Assembly (NCBI GenBank): GCA_965224465.1
Contig: OZ245049.1
Coordinates: 1,950,001 to 1,982,000, forward strand
Source of the DNA: Flavobacteriaceae bacterium
GTDB lineage: Bacteria > Bacteroidota > Bacteroidia > Flavobacteriales > Flavobacteriaceae
DNA length: 32,000 bases
Direction: 5' to 3'
Under the pieces are notes generated by a model. That model was not told the origin of the DNA, did no database searches, and worked only from the letters and a program-made list of their open reading frames with translations. This document shows, piece after piece, positions 20,054 through 28,525 of the stretch. The stretch's first letter is position 1. Every line of letters starts with the position of its first letter. A program made the translations under genes and the position numbers.

Positions 20054-20830
20054 CTATAATTTAATATTAGTACACGTTGTAGCATCTGATGAAATCATGT
20101 TTATATTCCCAATTTTAATAGTTGACACCCCTCGGTGTAATGCGCTAAAGCAATTTTCTAATTTAGGCAGCATCCCCTCAGAAATAATTCCTTTTTCCAA
20201 AAAATCAGCATAGGTTTTTGTGTTTAATTGTGTAATCACCGAATTCAGGTCTTTGATATCTGTCAACACTCCTTGCAGCTCAAAACAATACAGCAGTGCG
20301 ACTTCAAAACTAGCACTCATAGCAATTGCAACTTCACTCGCAATAGTATCCGCATTTGTATTGAGTAATTGACCTGCACCATCGTGTGTCAGAGCACAGA
20401 AAACGGGTGTGAGACCTGACAAAATCAATGCTGTAATACTTTTTGAATTTACGTATTTTACATCCCCTACAAAACCATAATCAATGGTTTTTACAGGTCG
20501 CTTTTCAGACACAATCGTATTTGCATCTGCACCTGTTAAGCCAATAGCATTACACTTATTTTTCTGCAATCCAGCTACGATATTTTTATTCAACAAACCT
20601 GCATAAGTCATGATAGCAACATCGAGATTCGCTTTGTCAGTAATTCTTCTTCCATCAACTAAGGTAGGACTCAATCCTATTTTTTTTGCAAATTCTGTAG
20701 CAGATTTACCACCACCGTGTACTAGAATTTTAGGACCTTGTATTTTTGAAAACCGAACGAGAAACAGTGCTAGCTCTTTTGTATCTTCTATCACATTTCC
20801 GCCTATTTTCACAATAGTTAATTTAGCCAT
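20054..20830 (-). CDS. argB: Acetylglutamate (N-acylglutamate) kinase
   Basis: Amino-acid kinase motifs VKIGGNV and VHGGG. The likely start is MAKLTIVKIGG (ATG at 20830), 6 nt after the argF' stop. The track ORF extends to 20866. Confidence 0.9.
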   Translation of the reverse strand: MAKLTIVKIGGNVIEDTKELALFLVRFSKIQGPKILVHGGGKSATEFAKKIGLSPTLVDGRRITDKANLDVAIMTYAGLLNKNIVAGLQKNKCNAIGLTGADANTIVSEKRPVKTIDYGFVGDVKYVNSKSITALILSGLTPVFCALTHDGAGQLLNTNADTIASEVAIAMSASFEVALLYCFELQGVLTDIKDLNSVITQLNTKTYADFLEKGIISEGMLPKLENCFSALHRGVSTIKIGNINMISSDATTCTNIKL

Positions 20831-21773
20831 TTCCCAGTATTTTTTTAAGTACAATTTGCGCTGCAAACTCTCTGTTTTCAGCTTGTTTTATGTGCAACGA
20901 ATTATCAGAATCCAATACCTCATCCGCCACCACAACATTTCTTCGAACAGGCAAGCAATGCATAAATTTTCCGTTATTTGTCAATTTCATTTTTTTACTT
21001 GTAACCATCCAAGCAACGTCTGTACACTTAACTTTACCATAATCATTATAAGAACTCCAATTTTTCACATACACAAAATCTGCGTTTTCAAATGCTTTTT
21101 CTTGATTGTATTCAATAGGAATATCTTTCGTGATTTCAGTATTCAATTCGTAGCCTTTCGGATGTGTAATCACAAAATCCGCCTCTTGCAATTGCATCAT
21201 TTTAACAAATGAATTTGCCACTGCATGAGGCAATGCTTTAGGATGTGGCGCCCAAGAAAGCACAATTTTAGGTTTTCGACCAATAATCTTATTTTCCTCT
21301 ATGGTAATGGCATCTGTCAAAGCCTGTAATGGGTGCCCAACTGAGCTCTCCATATTTACAATTGGAACAGAAGCATATTTCACAAAACTACGCAACACCA
21401 ACTCAGACTCATCAATTTTCTTATCTACCAAACTAGCGAAAGCACGAATCCCAATAACATCTGCATATTGTGATACAACTTGCGCTGCTTCTTTTACATG
21501 TTCTGATTTCCCTTGATCCATCACCGTTCCATCTTCGTATTCCAACGCCCAACCATCTGTACCAAAATTCATCACAATCACATCCATGCCTAAATTCTGT
21601 GCAGCTTTTTGGGTACTCAATCTGGTACGTAAACTGTTATTAAAAAACAATAAACAAATCGTTTTATCAACGCCCAATGTTTTATATTTCAGTTTATCTT
21701 TCTTCAATGCAATGGCATCCTGTACCGTTTCGTTAAAGTTTTCTAAATCATTAATGCTTGTAAAATGTCTCAT
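20823..21773 (-). CDS. argF': N-acyl-L-ornithine carbamoyltransferase (ArgF'-type, acetyl/succinyl-ornithine transcarbamylase)
   Basis: 316-aa ORF with SLRTRLS, HPLQ and HCLPVRRN. It lacks the ornithine-binding DxxxSMG loop of classical OTCase. By my recollection of the Bacteroides fragilis ArgF' sequence, it is similar along its whole length. Confidence 0.88.
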   Translation of the reverse strand: MRHFTSINDLENFNETVQDAIALKKDKLKYKTLGVDKTICLLFFNNSLRTRLSTQKAAQNLGMDVIVMNFGTDGWALEYEDGTVMDQGKSEHVKEAAQVVSQYADVIGIRAFASLVDKKIDESELVLRSFVKYASVPIVNMESSVGHPLQALTDAITIEENKIIGRKPKIVLSWAPHPKALPHAVANSFVKMMQLQEADFVITHPKGYELNTEITKDIPIEYNQEKAFENADFVYVKNWSSYNDYGKVKCTDVAWMVTSKKMKLTNNGKFMHCLPVRRNVVVADEVLDSDNSLHIKQAENREFAAQIVLKKILGNG

Positions 21774-21774
21774 A

Positions 21775-22557
21775 CTATATTGATGTGATTTTTGTAAAAA
21801 CCGAAACCTCGTCTAGGGCTTTGATTAAAAATTGATCCTCTAAACCATTTACTATCCATGTTTCGATACCTGCTTTTTGCGCTATCTGAGCTGCTTTTAT
21901 TTTTGATTGCATACCTCCCGTTCCTCGACTGGATTGCTCTGAAGAAATCTCTTTTTCAATGGCACTAATATCACTGGTTTCCTTTACCGTTTCAGAACAT
22001 CCATTCCGTATAGATTTTTTTGTATACACACCATCTGTATTGGTTCCTATCACTAACAAGTCAACGCTTAACAATACTGCTGTAAGAGCAGCAAGCTTAT
22101 CATTATCACCAAACTTAATTTCATCGGTTGCTACGGTATCATTTTCGTTGATGATAGGAATGTAATTATTAGCCACTAAAATATTGATCGTATTTACAAT
22201 ATTGTCACGCGATTGTTTTTTTTCAAAATCAGAGTAAGACAATAGACATTGAGACGTTAACAGTCCCAACTCTCTAAAATTTTCTTGAAAAATACGCATT
22301 AAATGAGGTTGCCCAATAGATGCCAATGCCTGTTTTACATTAATTGCTTCTCCTTTGCTCTCCAACTGTACAAACTGCTTGGCAGCTGCAATGGCGCCAG
22401 AACTCACAATAATAAATTCATACGCATCACTCAAGGATTTGATTTGGCGTGCAATGTCTTCTATTTTCCCTCTAGAAATATAATCAGACTCTTTGGTCAA
22501 TACATTGGTTCCTATCTTGAGTAGGATTCTTTTTTTATCTCGTTTGTCCATTTCCAA
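21775..22557 (-). CDS. proB: Glutamate 5-kinase (short form, no PUA domain)
   Basis: 260-aa amino-acid-kinase-fold ORF with LLKIGTNVLT, SSGAIAAA and GDNDKLAA. It overlaps the proA stop. Confidence 0.9.
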   Translation of the reverse strand: MEMDKRDKKRILLKIGTNVLTKESDYISRGKIEDIARQIKSLSDAYEFIIVSSGAIAAAKQFVQLESKGEAINVKQALASIGQPHLMRIFQENFRELGLLTSQCLLSYSDFEKKQSRDNIVNTINILVANNYIPIINENDTVATDEIKFGDNDKLAALTAVLLSVDLLVIGTNTDGVYTKKSIRNGCSETVKETSDISAIEKEISSEQSSRGTGGMQSKIKAAQIAQKAGIETWIVNGLEDQFLIKALDEVSVFTKITSI

Positions 22558-23737
22558 AAATATACCATTTATTAGTTACTAAATGTTGCAATCCCATAGG
22601 ACCTCGATGATGCAATTTATCTGTACTTATTGCCAACTCTCCTCCCAAACCAAACTGACCACCATCTGTAAACCTAGTAGAAGCATTGTGATATACAGCA
22701 GCGGCATCCACAGCTGTCATAAATTCTTCTGCTACTTTTTCGTTTTCAGTAACAATCACGGCAGAATGTCCACCTCCATAGGTGTTGATTTTATGAATTG
22801 CTTCTGAATTTGTAGCGACTTGCCCAATTACAATTTTATAATCTAAGAATTCTTCGTACCATACCTGTTCGTTTTCTATCGCAACCACCCCTTCCAAAGA
22901 GCTCATTTTTTCATCTCCTAAAACACGGACATTAGCCAATTCTAATTTTTTTATTAAAACTTTTAAAAAAGTTGCTTTATGAGGCATATTTGCATGAACC
23001 AACACCTTATCTACGGCATTACACGCAGACACCTTGGCTGTTTTTGCATTGAGAATAATTTGAATAGCAGTTTCTACATCAGCCTCCTGATCTACAAAAA
23101 CAAAATTATTCCCCCTTCCACTAACAATTACTGGGCAACGCGCATTTTTCTTTACAAAAGCTATTAATTTTTCACCACCTCTAGGAATAATCAAATCAAT
23201 TTTCTGAGTAGGGTTTTCTAAAAACACCTGCGTTTCAGCTCTTGAAAGGTTTAAATACTCCACCCATTCCGTTGAAATATTACATTGCGACAAAGCCTCG
23301 TGCCATAATGCTACCAATTTCAAATTTGAGTGAATCGCTTCCTTCCCTCCCTTTAACAGAATTTTATTTCCTGATTTAAAAGCAATCCCTACAGCTTCCA
23401 CTGTAACATCTGGACGGGATTCATAAATGATTAAAACAGTCCCAAAAGGCGCCGTTTTATTACTGATTTTTAATCCGTTTTCATGTTTAAAATCATACAA
23501 TTGTTTCCCTAAAGGATCCGATTCATTTGCCAATTCATAAAGAGACATCACCATCTCATTTACCTTCCCATCATCCACTTTTAAACGGTCAAATACCGCT
23601 ATATCATCTCCTTTATAATTGGAAATATCCAAGGCATTTGCTTTTAACAAGTCTTCTTTCCCTGTCGCTATTAATTTTGACATACATAGCAAAACATTGT
23701 TTCTTTGATTGGTTGTTAGCATTTGTGTAGTACTCAT
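22535..23737 (-). CDS. proA: Glutamate-5-semialdehyde dehydrogenase (gamma-glutamyl phosphate reductase)
   Basis: 400-aa aldehyde-dehydrogenase-like ORF with IPRGGEKLI, ACNAVDKVLVH and NASTRFTDGGQFGLG. It overlaps the argD stop by 4 nt. Confidence 0.92.
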   Translation of the reverse strand: MSTTQMLTTNQRNNVLLCMSKLIATGKEDLLKANALDISNYKGDDIAVFDRLKVDDGKVNEMVMSLYELANESDPLGKQLYDFKHENGLKISNKTAPFGTVLIIYESRPDVTVEAVGIAFKSGNKILLKGGKEAIHSNLKLVALWHEALSQCNISTEWVEYLNLSRAETQVFLENPTQKIDLIIPRGGEKLIAFVKKNARCPVIVSGRGNNFVFVDQEADVETAIQIILNAKTAKVSACNAVDKVLVHANMPHKATFLKVLIKKLELANVRVLGDEKMSSLEGVVAIENEQVWYEEFLDYKIVIGQVATNSEAIHKINTYGGGHSAVIVTENEKVAEEFMTAVDAAAVYHNASTRFTDGGQFGLGGELAISTDKLHHRGPMGLQHLVTNKWYIFGNGQTR

Positions 23738-24858
23738 AAGATTTTTTTTAAGGCGGTTATAAAAACATCTATTTCTTTGGTACTAATCGATAAAGGAGGT
23801 AAAATTCTAAGTAATTTTTTATTCATAGCAGCTCCCGTAAATATATGCTCCTCATAAATTAATTTCTTACGTAAATCACCCACTTCAAAATCAAATTCCA
23901 AGCCGATCATAAGCCCTTTTCCTTTGATGTTTTTCACCGCAGGAATACGCATTGCTTGGGCTATAAAATATGCAGAAACAGATTTCACATTCTCCATTAA
24001 TTGTTCCTCTTCTATAATTTGTAAGACTGCCAAACCAGCAGCACACGCCAAGTGATTGCCTCCAAATGTTGTCCCTAACATTCCATAAGTAGCCTTTATA
24101 GATTCGTGTATCAACACCCCTGCCATTGGATATCCATTCCCCATTCCCTTTGCTACGGTAATTATATCTGGTTTTATCTGATGCGCTTGAAACGCAAAGA
24201 AAGTACCACTACGACCATAACCCGATTGGATTTCGTCCAAAATCAATACAGCTTCATACTTCCAACATAATTTCTCCAGCACTTTAAAAAACAAGGTAGT
24301 CCCTTCATCTAATCCACCAACACCTTGAATTCCTTCAATAATAACAGCACAGACATCTCCTTTTTCTAAGTTTTTCTCTAGTAAAAACAAATCGTTTAAA
24401 GGTAAAATAGTCACAGGATTATGCATATTTATTTCTGCTTGAATCTTTTTATTATCCGTAACAGACACGCTTGCTGATGTGCGTCCATGAAAAGAATTCT
24501 CAAAAGAAATAACCCTGCTTTTTCCTGTGGTAAAAGAAGCCACTTTTAAGGCGTTCTCATTGGCTTCGGAACCCGAATTACACAAAAACAAATTATAATC
24601 CTCACAATTGGAAACTTCCCCCAATTTCTTTGCCAACTGTTGCTGTAATGGATTTTGAATGGCATTGGAATAAAACCCAATTGCATCAAGTTGACTTTTT
24701 ATTTTCTCAACATATACAGGATGTGAATGCCCTACAGAGATCACTCCATGCCCCCCGTATAAATCCAAATATTCTTGATTCTTATCATCCCAAACACTAC
24801 TTCCTTTTGCCTTTACAGGAGTTACGTCATACAATGGGTATACATCAAATAAATTCAT
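23734..24858 (-). CDS. argD: Class-III PLP aminotransferase (N-acetyl/succinyl-ornithine aminotransferase)
   Basis: 374-aa ORF with SGSEANE, DEIQSGYGRSG and the PLP lysine context TVAKGMGNG. Confidence 0.9.
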   Translation of the reverse strand: MNLFDVYPLYDVTPVKAKGSSVWDDKNQEYLDLYGGHGVISVGHSHPVYVEKIKSQLDAIGFYSNAIQNPLQQQLAKKLGEVSNCEDYNLFLCNSGSEANENALKVASFTTGKSRVISFENSFHGRTSASVSVTDNKKIQAEINMHNPVTILPLNDLFLLEKNLEKGDVCAVIIEGIQGVGGLDEGTTLFFKVLEKLCWKYEAVLILDEIQSGYGRSGTFFAFQAHQIKPDIITVAKGMGNGYPMAGVLIHESIKATYGMLGTTFGGNHLACAAGLAVLQIIEEEQLMENVKSVSAYFIAQAMRIPAVKNIKGKGLMIGLEFDFEVGDLRKKLIYEEHIFTGAAMNKKLLRILPPLSISTKEIDVFITALKKIL

Positions 24859-24859
24859 A

Positions 24860-25654
24860 TTAAATCTGGTTTATTTTATTAAAAGAAGCCACCAATCCTT
24901 TGATCAATGCACTACTCATTCCTTCATGTTCCATTTCGTTCAATCCAGAAATAGTACAGCCTCTTGGTGTGGTAACTTTATCAATTTCTTGTTCTGGATG
25001 GCTTTCGGATTTCAACAATAAACTAGCAGCACCCAAACACGTTTGGACGGCTAATTGTTGCGCCTCATTAGCATCAAACCCCAACTGAACAGCCCCTTGA
25101 GAAGTTGCACGAATCAAGCGCAACCAAAAAGCAATTCCGCTAGCGCAAATAACTGTTGCGGCCTGCATCAGCTCCTCCTCTACACACATCGTAACCCCCA
25201 AAGCACCAAAAATAGTTTTGGCATAACCTATGTTTTTCTTCCCTTTTAAATTAGCACTTAAGCAAGTCATAGATTCACCTACAGAAATTGCGGTATTTGG
25301 CATGCATCGAATAATAGGTATTCCTTCCCCTAAAAACTCAGAAATCTGTATGATCTTACGTCCAGTAACTACCGATATTACCGTATGTTTTTTAGGATTT
25401 AAAAACGGTTTTATCTCTTTTAAAACTCCTTCTAACTGCGCTGGCTGAACAGCAATAATAATAATATTAGATTTCTTCACCAACTCTACATTATCTGAAG
25501 TCACAGTTACCCTAGGTAATTCAGACCACGAATGCAAAGATTTCACATGTCGTTTAGATAAATATAAAGACATAAAACGAATATCATCATGACTTAAAAT
25601 CCCCAAGGCTATAGAGTAGCCTAAATTTCCGACTCCGATAATTCCTATTTTCAT
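24860..25654 (-). CDS. proC: Pyrroline-5-carboxylate reductase
   Basis: 264-aa ORF with the Rossmann motif MKIGIIGVGNLG and a ProC-like C-terminal dimerisation domain (VTTPRGCTISGL). Confidence 0.9.
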   Translation of the reverse strand: MKIGIIGVGNLGYSIALGILSHDDIRFMSLYLSKRHVKSLHSWSELPRVTVTSDNVELVKKSNIIIIAVQPAQLEGVLKEIKPFLNPKKHTVISVVTGRKIIQISEFLGEGIPIIRCMPNTAISVGESMTCLSANLKGKKNIGYAKTIFGALGVTMCVEEELMQAATVICASGIAFWLRLIRATSQGAVQLGFDANEAQQLAVQTCLGAASLLLKSESHPEQEIDKVTTPRGCTISGLNEMEHEGMSSALIKGLVASFNKINQI

Positions 25655-25666
25655 ATTAATTTTTTT

Positions 25667-26662
25667 TTAAAATGATGATGCTTTTAATTGAAGACCTTCT
25701 TTCTCACAAAGTCCAAACATCAAATTCATATTTTGCACCGCCTGTCCGGAGGCACCTTTTAATAAATTATCAATCACCGTTGTAATAAATAATTGTTTCC
25801 CATGCTTTTCTACATGAATAAAACAATTATTGGTATTAACCACCTGCTTTAAATGCACAGGATTAGTACTCACATGTGTATACGGGGCATCTTTATAATA
25901 GTCCGTAAATAATTGAGATGCTTCTGTTTCTGTTAAATTACTTTCTAAATAAATACTAGCAAAAATTCCCCTAGAAAAATTTCCTCTATTGGGAATAAAT
26001 AAAATATCATCTGTCGTGTTCTTTTGTACAACATCTTTATTTTGCAAGCCTTGTAAACTTTCCGAAATCTCATCTAAATGCTGATGATTAAACGCTTTGT
26101 AGACAGAAAAATTAGCAGACCTCCAACTAAAATGAGTAGTTCCCCCTGGGGAAATACCAGCCCCTGTAGACCCTGTAGTTGCATTTACGTGAATGGTTGA
26201 ATTTAACTTTTGTGCTTTTGCCAAGGGTAAAAGCCCTAATTGTATCGCCGTTGCAAAACAGCCAGGATTTGCAATGTTTGAGGCTTTTTTCACTTCCTCT
26301 TTTTGCATTTCTGGAAGCCCATAAACAAAAGTTCGCCCTCCAAAAACTCGATCTTTCAACAATCTAAAATCATTTGATAAATCAATAATTTTTGTGGTCG
26401 CCGAAAAGTGATGCTCGTTTAAAAAAGCGGTAGAATTCCCATGTCCCAAACACAAGAAAACAACATCCACATTTAAGTTTACAACAGTCGTAAAAGAAAT
26501 CGCTGTTTCTCCTAATAAATCTTGATGCACATCATACAATTTATTACCTCCATTAGATGTGCTATACACAAAATCAATGTGAACATTGTTGTGATGTATC
26601 AACAATCTAATAAGCTCACCTGCCGTATATCCGGCACCACCAATTATACCTACTTGTATCAT
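25667..26662 (-). CDS. argC: N-acetyl-gamma-glutamyl-phosphate reductase
   Basis: 331-aa ORF with GIIGGAGYTAGEL and the catalytic-Cys context NPGCFATA. Confidence 0.93.
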   Translation of the reverse strand: MIQVGIIGGAGYTAGELIRLLIHHNNVHIDFVYSTSNGGNKLYDVHQDLLGETAISFTTVVNLNVDVVFLCLGHGNSTAFLNEHHFSATTKIIDLSNDFRLLKDRVFGGRTFVYGLPEMQKEEVKKASNIANPGCFATAIQLGLLPLAKAQKLNSTIHVNATTGSTGAGISPGGTTHFSWRSANFSVYKAFNHQHLDEISESLQGLQNKDVVQKNTTDDILFIPNRGNFSRGIFASIYLESNLTETEASQLFTDYYKDAPYTHVSTNPVHLKQVVNTNNCFIHVEKHGKQLFITTVIDNLLKGASGQAVQNMNLMFGLCEKEGLQLKASSF

Positions 26663-26664
26663 AC

Positions 26665-27846
26665 TTATGAATTAACGTTGTGATAAATTTTATTTTGTGT
26701 ACTCAATATTTTTATAAACCCTTTAGCATCATCAGCCGTCCAAGCCTTATTCACTTCCCCATATTCTCCAAACTCAGATTTCATTAAATCATGTTTAGAA
26801 TCTATACCATCAATCACAAAATGATACGGCATTAGGGTGACAAATACTTTTCCTGACACTGTTTTTTGAGAATCTGTCAAAAACACCTCAATATTTCTCA
26901 TCACAGGATCTAAATATTGCCCTTCATGGAGCAACATCCCATACCAATTTCCTAATTGCTCTTTCCAATATTGCTGCCATTTGGACAAGACATGTTTTTC
27001 TAACATATGATGCGCTTTAATTGTAACCATAGCGGCAGCAGCTTCAAAACCAACCCTTCCTTTAATTCCTATAATCGTATCGCCAACATGCATGTCTCTA
27101 CCAATAGCAAAAGACGAAGCCAATTTTTCCAATTTCAGAATAGCATCTACTGGACTGTGTAATTTTCCGTTTAGACCAACCAATTCACCTTTTTTAAAAT
27201 GCAACGTAATTTTCATTGGCGCTTGCTCTTGCAATTGACTTGGATAGGCTTCCGAAGGCAAATTCTGATGTGAAGTCAAGGTTTCTACACCTCCAACACT
27301 GGTTCCCCAAAGTCCTTTATTAATAGAATATTTTGATTTTTCCCAAGATGCTTCAACCCCATTTTCTTTTAAATAATCAATCTCTTCTTGTCGCGACAAT
27401 TTCAGATCTCTAATAGGTGATAATATTTCAATTTCTGGCGCTACAGTTTGGAAAATCATATCAAATCTAACTTGATCATTTCCAGCCCCAGTACTTCCAT
27501 GTGCAATATAATCAGCATCAATACTCTTTGCGTAATTCACTACTTCTATGGCTTGAAAAACTCTTTCAGCACTTACAGACAATGGATAGGTATTGTTTTT
27601 CAATACATTTCCAAAAATCATAAATTTGACAGCTTTTTGATAAAAATCCTCTATGATATTTACGCTTTTATGAGAGGTAACACCCATCTGATACGCTTTG
27701 GTTTCTATCACTTTCAATTCTGCTTCCGTAAAACCTCCAGTATTGATTAATACACTGTAAATTTCTAGGTTTTTTTCTTTGGATAAATATTTTACACAAT
27801 ACGATGTGTCCAATCCTCCACTATATGCTAATACTACTTTTTTCAT
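26665..27846 (-). CDS. argG: Argininosuccinate synthase
   Basis: 393-aa ORF with the ATP-PPase motif AYSGGLDTS and GSTGAGNDQVRF. Confidence 0.95.
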   Translation of the reverse strand: MKKVVLAYSGGLDTSYCVKYLSKEKNLEIYSVLINTGGFTEAELKVIETKAYQMGVTSHKSVNIIEDFYQKAVKFMIFGNVLKNNTYPLSVSAERVFQAIEVVNYAKSIDADYIAHGSTGAGNDQVRFDMIFQTVAPEIEILSPIRDLKLSRQEEIDYLKENGVEASWEKSKYSINKGLWGTSVGGVETLTSHQNLPSEAYPSQLQEQAPMKITLHFKKGELVGLNGKLHSPVDAILKLEKLASSFAIGRDMHVGDTIIGIKGRVGFEAAAAMVTIKAHHMLEKHVLSKWQQYWKEQLGNWYGMLLHEGQYLDPVMRNIEVFLTDSQKTVSGKVFVTLMPYHFVIDGIDSKHDLMKSEFGEYGEVNKAWTADDAKGFIKILSTQNKIYHNVNS

Positions 27847-27898
27847 CTTTTACTATTTTAAACATGTAGACTTTCACCTACCATTGTTGTATTTTTTA

Positions 27899-28525
27899 TT
27901 ATATGTTTTTTTTATTCTTTTTTTTCAAAAACAAGGCCTGTTTTATTTTCTTGAGTCTGTTGAGCACCTTAAATTTAGCAGGAGATACTTTTGTGTTTTT
28001 TTCATGTTTCGGATCGTACAACATTCCCGTACACAAACACATTTTTTGCTCCGTTCTCTTTAATACGTCAAAATTCACACAGGTTTTACATCCATCCCAA
28101 AAAGCCTGATCTGAGGTCAACTCCGAAAACGTAACAGGCTGATATCCCAACTCGTAATTTATCTTTAAGACTGCCAAACCAGTGGTAATTCCAAATATTT
28201 TTGCCTGTGGATATTTCTCAATAGAATACTTTAATATTTTTTCCTTAATTTTTTTTGCCAGTCCTCTTTTTCTAAAATCGGGATGTACAATCAATCCAGA
28301 ATTCACTACAAATTCCTTATTATCCCACGTCTCTATATAACAAAACCCCGCAAATACTCCTTTCTCTAAAGCAATCACAGCATTCCCTAATTCAATTTTC
28401 TGAATGATATAAACAGGTGTTCTTTTTGCAATTCCTGTCCCTCTATCCTGGGCCGAAATAGCAATAGTTTCACAAATGAGATCTGCAAATTTTATATGCG
28501 AATTGTTAGCAACTACAATTTCCAT
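27899..28525 (-). CDS. GNAT-family N-acyltransferase, first gene of the arg operon (putative N-acyl-glutamate synthase)
   Basis: It has the acyl-CoA binding motif A HPDFRKRGLAKKI. The likely start is MEIVVANNSH (ATG at 28525); the track ORF extends 48 nt further to 28573. Confidence 0.8.
   Translation of the reverse strand: MEIVVANNSHIKFADLICETIAISAQDRGTGIAKRTPVYIIQKIELGNAVIALEKGVFAGFCYIETWDNKEFVVNSGLIVHPDFRKRGLAKKIKEKILKYSIEKYPQAKIFGITTGLAVLKINYELGYQPVTFSELTSDQAFWDGCKTCVNFDVLKRTEQKMCLCTGMLYDPKHEKNTKVSPAKFKVLNRLKKIKQALFLKKKNKKNI

Noticed and set aside
20610-21212. 200-aa plus-strand ORF spanning the argB/argF' junction
   Set aside because: It is antisense to two strongly supported arg genes, has a low-complexity Phe/Ile/Asn/His-rich composition, and has no motif. 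It is a shadow ORF. The same reasoning applies to 31410-31877 (antisense to the permease) and the other short plus-strand ORFs inside minus-strand genes.
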